Shown: positions 38,477 through 52,807, counted from the first letter of the stretch. The stretch is DNA of 64,000 nt from Octopus vulgaris (GCA_951406725.2 OX597827.1:23994001-24058000), one strand, 5' to 3'. Made by a program: numbers and translations. The notes: generated by a model not told the origin, from the letters alone.

Positions 38477-41170
38477 AGTGTATGTTTACTTTATTACTAA
38501 TTACTCTCTCCCAAGAACATTTTCACTCACTCTTAGCTCTTAGCTTCCCATACATTTTACTCATGTGTCTATCAGCGTCATAGACAGAATACTTTCACTT
38601 TAGTCTTCCTCAAATCACTGTCGCTATTTACTTTCATTTTATTCGTTGCCCACTGTGTGTGTGCGTTTGCGTGTGGTGTAAACCAGACTAAGAAAAGCAT
38701 TTGACACACACACCAGAATGTGAGTTTTCTGTAAATTTTGCTTAATTGGAGTTTAAATTTTAAAAACTGGACCTGGCATGACGCGATGCATTGTACTCTC
38801 AAAAATGGTAGGTAAATTGTAATTGAAGAAATCCTATATTGTAGATTTGTATAACTCCCAAAGGGAGGCAGATAAAATCTGCCTTTTATAATAAGAGATA
38901 TTAGAGCAAAATGTATCATTATTAAAAAGTGATTAACACAATCATTTATTAATGGTTTCTTGACAACATTTCTAATGAAGTACACTATTATTATATTTGA
39001 ATTAATTATGAGAATCAAGAATTTAGAAAAACAACAAACATCTTTTTATTATTAAACTTTTGCTCAGAACAGTACAAAAGGTTTGTAAATAAAATTTTAA
39101 TGGAAGGTCTGAATTTTAACATAAACAAAATCAAAGAAGTTTTATTTAATATAACCAGAAACAGTGAGGGTCTCTTGTTGATGGGTATCAAAGGGGTTAA
39201 AACAAAAATAACAACTGTGCAAGCAGTTAACCCAACGTTATTCAGTGGACATTATGTAGGCATGCGGTATGGTTATGCTATACACATTACGTTACACTAT
39301 AGAAACAGGTTTTATAATCGTTCAAGAGGCAAAACAACAGGGGTGGGGAAATGAAATACGGGTGGGCAGCAGTAGTGTTGTGTGTGCATTTATGTATTTA
39401 TATACACGTAAAAAGCACCCACTACACTCACAGAGTGGTTGGCATTAGGAAGGGCATCCAGCTGTAGAAACACTGCCAGATCAGACTGGGCCTGGTGCAG
39501 CCTCCTGGCTTCCCAGACTCTGGTTGAACCATCCAACCCATGCTAGGATGGAAAGCGGACATTAATCGATGATGATGATATTGATGATGACACATATGTA
39601 CAGAGGTCATATCTTGTCTTCTGTAATATAAGTTGCTGGGTGAAAAAGTGCAGAGTGAAAACTTAGGGGGGTGGGGACGTCACAGTGCATAGAGCGAAGG
39701 TGAATGGTGTTTTTACCTTGGGTGGGTGGGGGAGAGGGGCAGGTGGTATGGTATTTTGAAAGCAGAATATGAAGAGCAAAGCTGGGCACTAATATTCTGA
39801 AAGATGAATGAAAATGGAGATGTGCTGGGGTATATAAAGGTTGTGTATTTATAGGAAATTCTGTAGAGTAATGATTCTCAACCCCTTTTCCCCTATAGAC
39901 CCCTTTGGTTCCTATTTTACCAGGATGGGCCCTCATAGCCATTCAAGGCTTTAAAAAATTTTTATATTTCTATAATTAAATGGACAGAAAGACGCATTTG
40001 TCTCCAGAGTACCGACATTCCCATAAAGCAGGCTTGAAAATTGTTACGAGGTCCCTCTTTACATGAAACCATTGGTAGCCATGTTAACTTATTCTTACTG
40101 TTTGATATTTGCCACCAGGAATCAAATTCGCGACCTTAAGATTGTGAGCCAAATATACTAACCACTGAGTCACACACCTGCATGTATTCCAAAGACACTT
40201 TGAGAGAGAGAGAGAGAGAGAGAGATGGGGATGGAGGGGAGGGGTAGAGGAGGAGAGAGGAGAGAGGGGTGAGAAAGAGACAGAGACAGAGAAGGCTGGG
40301 TATTTAAGTAAGAGGCAGAGTTCATCCAACAGGCTTTCACGCTGTCTCCTCAATTTCACTTGTAAAGCTGGGGCTGATCAGCACATATAGAAGAAGGTAC
40401 TTGATACTTTTCCAAAGTGTCACATTGTATGACCAAGCTCAAACTCAGAAACGAAAATTGACAATTCAGAAACACAGGGGAAGGCGTGGACAAAAAGGGA
40501 TCTTTAAATACTAACAAGATGCTTAAAGTTAGAATATGCACAAACACATGCAAGATATCAGAACATTTTAACCCGTTTTGTTACCATATTTCTGTTGAGA
40601 TGCTCTGTGTTTCTTTCAATTAATTTTAAATATAACAAAGAATTTAGTAAAATAACTTAGTTATCATTCAACTAGTGTTAGGAACATAAATTGTGACTAA
40701 GGTTTGGTAGAAGATTTTAATTCAGAACTTATGAAAACAAGGCATTTGTACTACAGAGCCAGAGGTGGTTCCAGCCAGGTTAGTATAAAAAGGGTTAATA
40801 ATACATTCTAAAGAAACCTTCAAGATATGTTCGGTACAAGAACAAGACACACAAACATCTGCATACGGAATGATATATATACAAATTTAAACACAAAACA
40901 CATATAAACAAGCAGTGGTGGGGGTCTATCCATTATGATTTGACTTGGGACAGTATAGAGTGGTGGAGTAATGAGAGATGCCGATGATATAAATCCCTTA
41001 TTATATGTGGCACCATAAACAAAGCACCCACACTGGTTACACATATATAGAGCACTTGTGCTGGTGCCACATAAAAAACACTAATGCTGACCCCATGTAG
41101 AAAACATCCTGGCTAGCACCACATAAAAAGCACCCCCTACTTCTGTGTAGTGTTTTTATATATTTGTGTG

Positions 41171-41210
<40 letters not shown>

Positions 41211-41809
41211 TAAAATCACACAGTAGGGGTGAAGGGAGAGGAGAGAAAATAGTAATTCAGAGAAGGAGAAGTAGTGAGAGTAATAGCCATGATTGAGAGG
41301 CGGTGAGAGAAAGTAATAGCAATGAGAGAGAGGAAGTGGCAAAGAAAGTGTCGTGTATCTTCTACTATAATAATACTCTTGTATATTTCTCTGTCACAAC
41401 ATATGAATGAGAAAGGAAGGGGTGATCCACCGATGGAAGTGGGATGGTGAAAAGTCAACGGTGAAACAAAAATCAAACATCGCTTCAACTCTGTGTGTGT
41501 GTGTGTGTAAAAGGGAGAAATGTGAATGTTTGTGTGTATTTGTGTAAAATATATTTACATATTTGAGTGAGCGTATGTTTATTTAGAAAGATACATTGAA
41601 AATAGAAGTACAGACATGGGCGCATTTACACATACATATACATCATCATCATTGTCATTTAACGTCAGCTTTCCATGCTCGCATGGGTTGGACGGTTTGA
41701 TTGAGGGCTGGCGAACCAGGAGAGTGCAACAGGCTCTGATCCAATCTGGCAATATTTCTACAGCTGGATGCCCTTCCTAACGCCAACCACTCCAAAAGTG
41801 TAGTGAGTG

Positions 41810-42142
41810 ATTTTTACATACCACTGGCATGAGGGCCAGTCAGGTGGCACTGGCAACAACCATGCTTGAATGGTGCTTTTTTACGTGCCACCGGCATAGG
41901 ACCAGTCAGCTGGCACTAGCATCAATCCTCCTCAAATGTTGATTTTTATGTGCCACTGGCACAGGGAGCCAGTCAGCTAGCACTGGCATCAACCACACTC
42001 AAATGTTGCTTTTTACATGCCACCAGCACGGGAGCCAGTCAGGCGGCACTGGCAACAATCACACTCAAATGGTGCTTTTTACATGCCACCAGCATGGGAC
42101 CAGTCAGGTGGTACTAGCATTGACCACGCTCGTATGGTGCTT
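41810..42142. repeat. About five 62-65-bp tandem units inside an RTE-tail repeat (also 2607-2760, 61128-61237, and inverted at 62790-63020)
   Basis: Unit gtgctttttacgtgccaccggcac(g)ggagccagtcaggcggcactggca(t)caaccac(g)ctc(g)aatg. Confidence 0.85.
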
Positions 42143-42836
42143 TATATATATATAAAAAGACACACATAAAAAGGGAGGAAGTGGGCTGTCACAAAATTTT
42201 GAAAACCGTGTTTGTTAAAGACTGTGTTACTCATCATACATATAAATATATACATATGTACACACACACACACACACGAGTTGAAGCACTGTTTGATTTT
42301 TTTAAACATTTTTTACCCTTTTTATATATAAAATACTACAATTAACCATCATTTCTGACAGTACGGGGCCAGCTAGTAATAATAATCATCATAACAACAA
42401 CGATTTCAAATTTTGACCCAAGGCCAGCAATTTCAGGGGAGTGGTCAAAGGGCTAAGTTGATTACATCGACCCCAGTGCACAACTGGTACTTATTTTACT
42501 GACCCCAAAAGGACGAAAGAAAATGCCGACCTCAGCGGAGTTTGCACCCACAACGTAGTGATGGACGAAGTGCCACTAAGCATTTTGCCCACAATGCTAA
42601 TGACTTAGGCACAAAGTCAGAACTTTGAAGAGATAAGGTTAGTCGATGACACTGACCCCAGTACATGACTGGTACTTTATTTTATCAACCCTGAAAAGAG
42701 GAAAAGCAAAGCTGACCTTAGTGGGATTTGAACTCAGGGCATAAAGAGATAAAACAAATACTAACAGTAGTAGTAGTAACAAAAACAAGTTTCAAATTTT
42801 GGCACAAAATAATAATAATAATAATAATAATAATAA

Positions 42837-43014
42837 TTGTGTGGCTAAAATGTATCCCTGTAGTTATAGGTGTGTTAGGAACTGCTCCTAAAGAATTAGG
42901 CACAAAACCTAGTTTTTTGCAGTTCCAGACAACAGTATTATTAGGGATTATTAGGCAGGTTCTTGGCATCTAAAGTATGATAAATTTTTTCCAACAATCT
43001 AATCTGTTGCCTGT
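42837..43014 (+). mobile_element. R4/Dong-type 3' terminal fragment
   Basis: WLKCIPVVIGVLGTAPKEL...FQTTVLLGIIRQVLGI*; flanked by (aat)n and (gat/aat)n. Confidence 0.65.
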
Positions 43015-43735
43015 GATGATGATGATGATGATAATAATAATGACAATAATAATGGTTTCAAATGTTGGTGCAAGGCCAACAATTTTGGGGGAGGGGGATA
43101 AGTCGGTTACATCAACCTCCAGGGTTCAACTGGTACTTATTTTATCAACCCTGAAAAGATGAAAGGCCAAGTCAACCATGGCAGAATTTGAACTCAGAAC
43201 ATCAAGAAGGACAAAATGCCTCTAAGCAATTTATCCAGGATGCTAGCAATTCTGTCAACTCACCTTAAGAATAAGAAGAAGAATTGTATCAAATTTCAGC
43301 ACAGGGTCAGTAGTTCTTTTAGGGGAGAGAGAAGTTGACCCCAGCACATAACTGATACTTATTTTATTAACCCTGAAAGGATGAAAGGTAAAGTTGTCCT
43401 TAGTGAAATTTGAATTCAGAATGTGAAGATGGATGAAATGCCACTCAGTATTCTGCCTGGCATGGTAACAATTCTGCCAGTTCACCATTGTTGTTGTTAT
43501 TATTATTATTATTATTATTGGTAAGGCGGCTAGCTGGCAGAATCGTTAGCACACTGGGCAGAATGCAAAGCAGTAGTTTGCCCATAGCTCCGTTGAGTTC
43601 AAATTCCACCCAAGTCACCTTTGCCTTTCATCTTTACGGGGTCGATAAATTAAGTACCAGTTGAACACTGGGGTCAGTGTAATCAACTTAGCCCCTCCCC
43701 CAAAATGGCTGCCCTTATGGTAAAATTTGAAACCC

Positions 43736-43773
<38 letters not shown>

Positions 43774-44276
43774 GTCTTTGCACAGATTCTAGCGCTGGAG
43801 ATGTACTACAGAGTCAGTTGTTCACTACCAGTGAACTAAGGTAACACCTCTTATTTTTCTGGAGTATTCGAGCAGTTCCAAGCAGTGCTGTTTTCTGCAA
43901 GCACTCCACCCTTATTGCAGCCCTTATTTGTTCCACGTACTTCTCAAAATTTTTGTTCAGTTCCCAGGGCTCCAACAATTATTGGTACTACTGCTACCGT
44001 TTTCATCGACCACAACTGCTTAACTTCCCAAGCTAACCTGTCATATCTCGACTTTTCTTTCTTCCTTATTGCATACCTTGTCATCAGCTGGGCATGATAT
44101 ATCTATGATCCAACATCGTTTCTTTTCTTTCTCAATTAAGACTATGTCCGGCTTCCTATTCTCTATCTCATGGTCGCACCGAATCATAAAATCCCATAGA
44201 ATCTTTGCATTTCTATTTTCAACAATGCCTTCCGGTTTGTGGTCATACCAATTTTTTGCTCTGCCAAGTCCATACT
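43774..44276 (-). mobile_element. R4/Dong-type (restriction-like endonuclease) non-LTR retrotransposon, 5'-truncated, inside a (TAA)n tract
   Basis: KYGLGRAKNWYDHKPEGIVENRNAKILWDFMIRCDHEIENRKPDIVLIEKEKKRCWIIDISCP...VVPIIVGALG...LQKTALLGTARIL; (tat)n on both sides. Confidence 0.9.
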
Positions 44277-44280
44277 TATT

Positions 44281-44311
<31 letters not shown>

Positions 44312-44685
44312 TTTCTTTACTTGTCACAAGGATAATGGTCGAGAGAACGTTACAAGGACAAATTAGAAAGATGGTGGGTGTTTACATGGAATCAAATGAG
44401 AAAACCACAAGCATGGAACACAATGCTACACATAATTTCTGATATTAACCAATATATGATAATGAGAGGAGTCACATATATCCTCTGTAGATAGTTGGAA
44501 CTTAAGATAAAATCTGACATTAAGGGGGTCTAAACTCAGAGCCCCACCAAGAGCAACCTTGCTTTTCGTCCTTCTAGAGTTGATAAAATACCTGCTAAGA
44601 GTTGGGGTCCTTATAAATTACTTACCCCATCTTCCTCAAAGAACATTGTTTGTACAAGTAAAGAAGATACACCTGAGTGAATAAA

Positions 44686-44850
44686 CACCTGATAGTTATC
44701 CCAGTAATTGCAGGTGAGGAATGAACACCTAATAGACAAGTTAGTCTAGTAATTGCAGGTAAGGTGGGAATACCTGATAGATAAGTTATTCTAATAATCC
44801 CGGGTTAGGGGATAACACCTGATAGTTATCCTAGTAATCACAAGTAAGGG
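44686..44850. repeat. Degenerate about 40-bp tandem repeat x4
   Basis: cacctgatag(ataag)ttatcccagtaattgcaggtgagg-type units. Confidence 0.75.
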
Positions 44851-45949
44851 GATATCACAAGGAAAAATTGTTATCATCATCAGGTTTTAAGTCCGGAACC
44901 AAGAAAAGTGGTGAGTCTGAAACTAGAGAAAGATGATGATGATAAACAAATGAAACAAAAACGGTAAAATGTAGCTCACTTGAATCGCTTAAATGTGAAA
45001 TATACTGCATCGGCAGCAGCAGCAAATGTGTGTGTGTCCTTTACGTGGTCACTGAAACAAACAGAACTAGTAGTCTGGTCTTTTCTATGCATCTTAAAAA
45101 GAGGAAGGACACATTGAATAACGTTGTCCTGGATATATTATTTGAATAAGACAGGTTGGTCATGGGTAGAATGTCTTAGATTACAGATCTGTTTAATCAA
45201 GCTGACCCAAGGCTAAACAGCAGCAGCAACACTAAGCCATTGAGAAAATCTCTACCTGGTCACTCAACCTGGGAGAAATAACAGCCAACTCTGACTCATA
45301 TTACACTCTATCTTCTTCAGAAAAGGACAAGTGTGAAGGAGAGAGACAGGATGGCCAAGGCTGGAAGAATACCTTTTGACCATCCACCTGATCTGACACT
45401 AAACAACAACAACAACATTAGTAACAGCGTGAACCACAAGGCAATGTTTAACAGACGTGGAAGGGAAGGTTACATTCCATTAGTAAGAAGAACAAAAATA
45501 TCAAAAGTTAGTGAGGGAGGCAAAGAGAAAGAATAAGAAAGAGAGAAAGTGTTAGAGAGAGAGGCTGAGGTGCATGAAAGAGGGAGGGTATTTGTGAGAG
45601 CCTACCTTTACAGGCTGGGGTTGTATGTGCTGCACTATGAAACCATTGCTCAGTTGGAAAATGGTTTGAATTCGGGATTGTGGCACGACTGTGTCCGCCT
45701 GCAAAAGCGAGAAGTGCTGGGTCTCACCAAAGTCTGTTGGCTTTGGGGTATTGGGGGTGGGTGTCAAGTGAGAAAGTTGCAGCAGTAGTTGTGTGGTGGT
45801 GGTGGTGTTGGTGTAGGACATGAACACAGTATGGTGAAGGTGGATATGGAGAGTTTGTTAATGGGAGGTAGTAGTGTTAGTAGAGTCAGTTGCAGGAGAG
45901 GAGAAAAAAGACAAGGAGACAATTGGCAAAGTAGAAGAAGAGAGAGGGA

Positions 45950-47700
45950 GAGAACTAAAAAGTGACTGAAGGAGATTATATACATGGAGGGAGAGAGAGA
46001 GGGGAGGAGAGAACTAAAGAGTGACTGAGGGAGATTATATACAGAGAGGGAGAGTATTAAAGAGTGACTGAGGGAGATTATATACAGAGAGAGAGAGTAC
46101 TAAAGAGTGACTGAGGGAGATTATATACAGAGAGGGAGAGTACTAAAGAGTGACTGAGGGAGATTATATACAGAGAGAGAGGAAGAGTACTAAAGAGTGA
46201 CTGAGGGAGATTATATACAGAGAGAGAGAGTACTAAAGAGTGACTGAGGGAGATTATATACAGAGAGAGAGGAAGAGTACCAAGGAGTGACTGAGGGAGA
46301 TTATATACAGAGAGAGAGAGAGGGAGAGTACTAAAGAGTGACTGAGGGAGATTATTTAAAGAGAGAGAGAGAGGGAGAGTACTAAAGAGTGACTGAGGGA
46401 GATTATATACAGAGAGAGAGAGAGAGGGAGAGTACTAAAGAGTGACTGAGGGAGATTATATACAGAGAGAGAGAGAGGGAGAGTACTAAAGAGTGACTGA
46501 GGGAGATTATATACAGAGAGAGAGAGAGGGAGAGTACTAAAGAGTGACTGAGGGAGATTATATACAGAGAGAGAGAGAGGGAGAGTACTAAAGAGTGACT
46601 GAAGGAGATTATATACAGAGAGGGAGAGTACTAAAGAGTGACTGAGGGAGATTATATACAGAGAGAGAGAGAGGGAGAGTACTAAAGAGTGACTGAGGGA
46701 GATTATATACAGAGAGAGAGGGAGAGTACTAAAGAGTGACTGAGGGAGATTATATACAGAGAGGGAGAGTACTAAAGAGTGACTGAGGGAGATTATATAC
46801 AGAGAGAGAGAGAGAGGAAGAGTACTAAAGAGTGACTGAGGGAGATTATATACAGAGAGGGAGAGTACTAAAGAGTGACTGAGGGAGATTATATACAGAG
46901 AGAGAGGGAGAGTACTAAAGAGTGACTGAGGGAGATTATATACAGAGAGAGAGAGAGGAAGAGTACTAAAGAGTGACTGAGGGAGATTATATACAGAGAG
47001 GGAGAGTACTAAAGAGTGACTGAGGGAGATTATATACAGAGAGAGGGAGAGTACTAAAGAGTGACTGAGGGAGATTATATACAGAGAGGGAGAGTACTAA
47101 AGAGTGACTGAGGGAGATTATATACAGAGAGAGAGGGAGAGTACTAAGGAGTGACTGAGGGAGATTATATACAGAGAGAGAGGAAGAGTACTAAAGAGTG
47201 ACTGAGGGAGATTATATACAGAGAGGGAGAGTACTAAAGAGTGACTGAGGGAGATTATATACAGAGAGAGAGAGAGGGAGAGTACTAAAGAGTGACTGAG
47301 GGAGATTATATACAGAGAGAGAGGAAGAGTACTAAAGAGTGACTGAGGGAGATTATATACAGAGAGAGAGAGAGGAAGAGTACTAAAGAGTGACTGAGGG
47401 AGATTATATACAGAGAGGGAGAGTACTAAAGAGTGACTGAGGGAGATTATATACAGAGAGAGAGGAGAGTACTAAAGAGTGACTGAGGGAGATTATATAC
47501 AGAGAGAGAGAGAGGAAGAGTACTAAAGAGTAACTGATGGAGATTATATACAGAGAGAGAGGGAGAGTACTAAAGAGTGACTGAGGGAGATTATATACAG
47601 AGAGAGAGGGAGAGTACTAAAGAGTAACTGATGGAGATTATATACAGAGAGAGAGAGGGGGAAGACTAAAGAGTGACTGAGGGTGATTATATATATATAC
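45950..47700. repeat. Minisatellite, about 37 units: constant gagtactaaagagtgactgagggagattatatac + variable (ag)n linker
   Basis: Counted by eye; unit length about 42-52 bp. Confidence 0.97.
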
Positions 47701-48747
47701 ATAGAGAGAGAGAGAAATGTAAGGTTCTTAGCAGTATACAGCATAGCCACATTAATAATAGCAATTATAAATAAAGGAATGATAACTTCATTATTTCTGC
47801 CCAATTTTTCTTTTTAATACACTCGCATACGCACACAATCATAGGGCTGATTGGTAAAGAAGTTTGCTTCCCACCAGATAGTTCTGGTTTCAACCCCACA
47901 TTCAACACCTAGGGCAAGTATCTTCTACAATGGTCCAGAGTCAATCAAATCCTTATAAATGGATTCGATGGACAGAAACTGAAAGAAGCCCGTTGTACAT
48001 GAGTTTTTATATCTTCTGAAAATCGCTGAGCTACATGTGCTGATGTCATTGTCATCCCCCATTGGCTTTGCACCTTAGAAAAACATACAGAATAAGGAGA
48101 TCCTTACTTGAAAAACTGGCAAAGGTTAGCAACAAGAAGGGTGTCCAGTTGCAAAACAATCCCTTAATAATAATATTCATTTAACCCAGTGATTCCCAAA
48201 CATTTTTGGCACCAAACATTTGGAACAATGCTGTGCTGATGATACTTAATGAGGCAGAAACCTGTATTCACAACTATTCAGTTTCTTTAGAAAAAAAACA
48301 AAAAAAAACTGACCATCTTTCCCTTAATGGCACATCAGTTGCAAAGAACCGATTATTTGTCTCTCTTCCTTATTTAGAATCACATTTGTCACTACATGTG
48401 TATTTACTTTCTCTCTGAGCAAAGACAGTTTCAATACATCAAGACTTTATCATGTATAGTCTACAGTGTATATCTCTTTGTCTTTGTTGTCGAAATAGAT
48501 ATCAGTTGCCACACTTATCTAGTTCGTTTTCATTTCATGCACGCACACACACACACACAGAGGCATGGCTGTGTGGTAAGAAGTTAGGTGCAGGTGTGGT
48601 TGCGTGGTAAGAAGCTTGCTTGCCAACCACATGGTTCCAGGCTCAGTCTCACTGCATGGCACCTTGGACAAGTGCCTTCTTATATAAGCACAGGCTGACC
48701 AAAGCCTTGTGAGTGTATTTCGTAGATGGAAACTGAAAGAAGCCCAT

Positions 48748-48795
<48 letters not shown>

Positions 48796-49369
48796 TACAT
48801 ACATATATATATATATATGCATGTGTGTGTGTATGTATTTGTGTGTCTGTGTTTGTTCTCCCACCATCGCTTGACAACCGATGTTGGTGTGTTTACGTTC
48901 CTGTAATTTAGTTTGGTAAAAGAAACCGATAGAATAAGTACTAGGTTTACAAAGACTAAATCCTGGGGTTGATTTGTTTGACTAAAGGTGGTGCTCCAGC
49001 ATGGTCACAGTCAAATGACTGAAACAAGTAAAAGAATAAAAGATATATATATAGAGAGAGTGAGGGAGTAAAAAGTAGGTAGGAAGTATATAGAGTGTAC
49101 TCATTTTACTCAATTAGTACACAGAGCCATGACATGATGAACAATAGACACATAGGAGTAGGGGGGGGGGAGGGGGAGATGACTACATGAAGTTGATAAT
49201 ATCTGTTACCAAGGTCACATGAATGGGGGACAGAGGAGAGGGCAGCTGTAACGAGGAGGTGGATATAGTAAGTAATGGTAGGGTAGCAGGTGATGGTAGG
49301 AGTATAGTGTGGTGGATATTGTGGTGGTGGATAGAGTAAAGGAAATATGGTCAAAGTCAGTCAAATTAT

Positions 49370-49830
49370 TATCTCTGTTGACAACAAACGATTTCTCTCT
49401 GTGAAAGAAAAAAACTGAGTAAGGTTTGTGTATAAAATGCGACACTGCTACATGGTAGGGAGATATGTGGGGGCATTGAATGTGGAAAGTTTGTGGCATG
49501 TGGGAAGAAAGAGATAGTGTATGTATGATCAGAAGATGTGTAATGTTTACCCACATGAAAGGTGAAACACACTGAATTGATTTGTTGGGGCAGAGGGACT
49601 GGTTAGAAAAGGTTTTGGCTGATGTCCAGGGAACAAACGACTCTTGGTCTGGACATGTAATATGAATGGACAATGGGTGCTGAGTACAAAAAGTGACATG
49701 AGGGTATTGCAGTAAAAAGCCACCATGACTGACAAAGACATGGAGGAAAGTGGTGAAACTCCGATCTCTGAATGTGAATTCACAGAGGAGAGTGTCACAG
49801 AACTGAAGAGAATGGCACCTATCTTATTGT
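49370..49830 (+). mobile_element. Highly degraded RTE-like LINE fragment
   Basis: Residual motifs WSGHVI*MDNGC*VQK and KTWRKVVK with many frameshifts. Confidence 0.45.
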
Positions 49831-51716
49831 ATAATCCCATCCAATCAAATGCCACTATTAACTACCATATTATTTCTTGTTCACTGAATCAACAGTCCAA
49901 TGTCACAATTACCAGCCACGTTATGAGCTGTTGGCAGAATTAGCAGTAAAAACAATGTCCTTCTTTATCTTTTCTATCATTATCTCGAAAAAGATTCTTT
50001 TTCCATTCACCTTTCCATGCTGGCTTGGACTGGCTGAAGATTATCTCTTTTTAAGTAAGTGATTTTTTTTTTATTCCGTTGGTTGTCATAAGCTGAAAAC
50101 GCACAGCTAAAGGATTTACTGTTTACAAGGGAGGTAAATATGAGAAGATCGTTTTGCTCCAACCTTGTCAAGCCACACCCAAAAGTAAACATTCAGACAC
50201 ACAAACACTTTCGCACTCACAGACACGCACACATACATACATATGATGAGCATCCATACAGTTTCCATCTTGCAATTTCACTTACAAGGCTCAAGCTGGG
50301 GCTAGAACAGAAGACACTTGACTGAGGTAACAAAATCCAAAACCACAGGACCATGAAGTCCCTCTCCAGCCTAAGCCTTGCAGAACAATTTGGTTTTACT
50401 CGATTAAAACCTCTGAGATTCCACTTTCAGGATCAGGAATTAAGGAAATGCAATCTTTCATATCTTAGATTATAACACACCTCCACAAGAGTATGTGACC
50501 CAGCTGTCATCAAAAGGGACAGGCACCACATGAAAAGCACCCATGCTGGCACCACATGGAAAGTGCCCATGCTGGTGCCACATAAAAAGCTACCAGTGCT
50601 CTGTAAAGTAACTGGCATTAGGGAGGGCATCCAGCTGTAGAAACCCTGCCAAAACAGATAATTGGAGCCTAGTGCAGCTCTCCAACTTTCCAGCTCTTGT
50701 CAAACCATCCAACCCATGCCAGCACGGAAAACAGATGATGTAGATAAAATGTGTGTGATTTTGGCTACTGAGTTTGTGTTGAGTGGGAACAGGGCAATAC
50801 TAAACGTACCTATTTCTTTACTACCCACAAGGGGCTAAACATAGAGATGACAAACAAGGACAGACAAATGGATTAAGTCAATTATATCGACCCCAGTGCG
50901 TAACTGGTACTTAATTTATTGACCCCAAAAGGATGAAAGGCAAAGTCGACCTCGGCGGAATTTGAACTCAGAACATAACAGCAGACAAAATACGGCTACA
51001 CATTTCGCCCGGCATGCTAACGTTTCTGCCAGCTCGCCACCTTCGAAAGGATGAAAGGCAAAGTTGACCTCGGCGGAATTTGAACTCAGAACATAACGGC
51101 AGACGAGATACGGCTACGCATTTCACCCGGCATGCTAACGTTTCTGCCAGCTCGCCGCCTTAACGTACCATGATAGCAACTAAGAGATCTTGGTTTAACA
51201 CCCACTTAAAACTATCTTTTCATATGTCCTTCCCATCTGCATTCACACTTATTTACATATAAAATGGTATATTGTCATTTAGTAGTCCTTAAGAGAAAAG
51301 ACTAATGTATGAAAGATATGCTAATATATTTGTTCTTCAACTGGTACTCGTTTGACATGAATTGCTTGATTTATGTCAACGAGGCACAGTGTCAACACAT
51401 ATAAAATTGCGAGTAAATATTCACTCTTATACAGTGGTATGCAGACATGTAAACTAAAGGGTGTGTGTAAGGGGGGATGTCCTGCTTACACATACCCCCT
51501 TATTCTCTTATTATGAGTATACTGTTGCGTCTGGGCATGCAATTGCTTTTATGTCTGTATACATGCAAATTACATGTGTATATAAATGTGAAGTGTGTGT
51601 GTGTGTGTGCAGCTTTGTCTTTGCATATGTGAGATATGGTGTGTAAGCATGCATGTATGTATGTGTGTGGATATATATATATATATATATATATAAATAT
51701 ACACTATATATCGTAT

Positions 51717-51760
<44 letters not shown>

Positions 51761-52119
51761 ATACGATATATAGTGTATATTTAAACACATAAGGAATCTA
51801 CTTATAGGAATTCTACACGCTAGAAAGAACAGCTAGGTTCTATAACTAAGATCAGAAGCCAATTGGTCCAGGAAACTAGATGGTAAAAATGTTTTTCATT
51901 TTTCAATTTGTTCCTGTCGAATTTTATCCCTAATTTTTGTGGTTATAGAACCTAGCTGTTCTTTCTAGTGTGTAGAATTCCTATAAGTGGATTCCTTATG
52001 TGTTTAAATATACACTATATCATATGACTAATACATAGTCTTTTTGACTAAATCTTTTACACGTTAGACCACTGGAAATGTAAATTTTAATTAATTTCCA
52101 TTCCCCTTTGATATGATTA

Positions 52120-52169
<50 letters not shown>

Positions 52170-52394
52170 ATGTATATAGGGGTGCTGATGACAATATTAG
52201 CTATGTGCAATGAACAGTAAATTAAAAGAAGTGGGATGAAGTGGAAGTGTGGTGGGAGAGAGAGATGGAGGTGTGGTGGGAGAGGAAGTGAAGAAGTGGT
52301 AAAAATGAGGGTGGGGCATGGGTGAAAACGTTGAGTGAAAATGTGGGAAGGAGTGTGAGTGGAAGCATAGGTGGAAATGTGGTGAATACATTAC

Positions 52395-52519
52395 CAAGTC
52401 AGTGTGGCTATCCAAACAATCTGAAGAAGACATACACCTCTTTTTGCACCAGGAACATTTCTCATAATTGGACAGACAACTCCTGCAGTTCTTGATCTTG
52501 GAACACATGATGATATCAT
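52395..52519 (-). CDS. ATRN: Attractin exon (PSI): NDIIMCSKIKNCRSCLSNYEKCSWCKKRCMSSSDCLDSHTDL
   Basis: tttcag acceptor, TTG|gtaatg donor; 125 nt, phase 1->0. Confidence 0.9.
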
Positions 52520-52741
52520 CTGAAATAGTACAGAGGCACACACACAAATATATATATCATTCACTGTCCATCATATACATATATATCTACAGATGTAAAC
52601 ATGCACACATATATGAACATGTGTGTGTGTATGTATGCACACACACACGCACGTATATGAAAAACTGAACAGCGAAAGTGCTTATACTATAAGCAAACTT
52701 CATTTCAAATGGTTCATATCATAATGTTTACAAAATCTTTT

Positions 52742-52807
<66 letters not shown>

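Noticed and set aside
40356-40440. Cys-containing stretch VIQCDTLEKYQVPSSICADQPQLYK as an extra exon
   Set aside because: Poor splice signals; exons 52395 and 36764 already join in phase with no missing homologous segment.
45950-47700. CRISPR array
   Set aside because: The 'spacers' are only (AG)n length variants, there are no cas genes, and the context is a eukaryotic intron.
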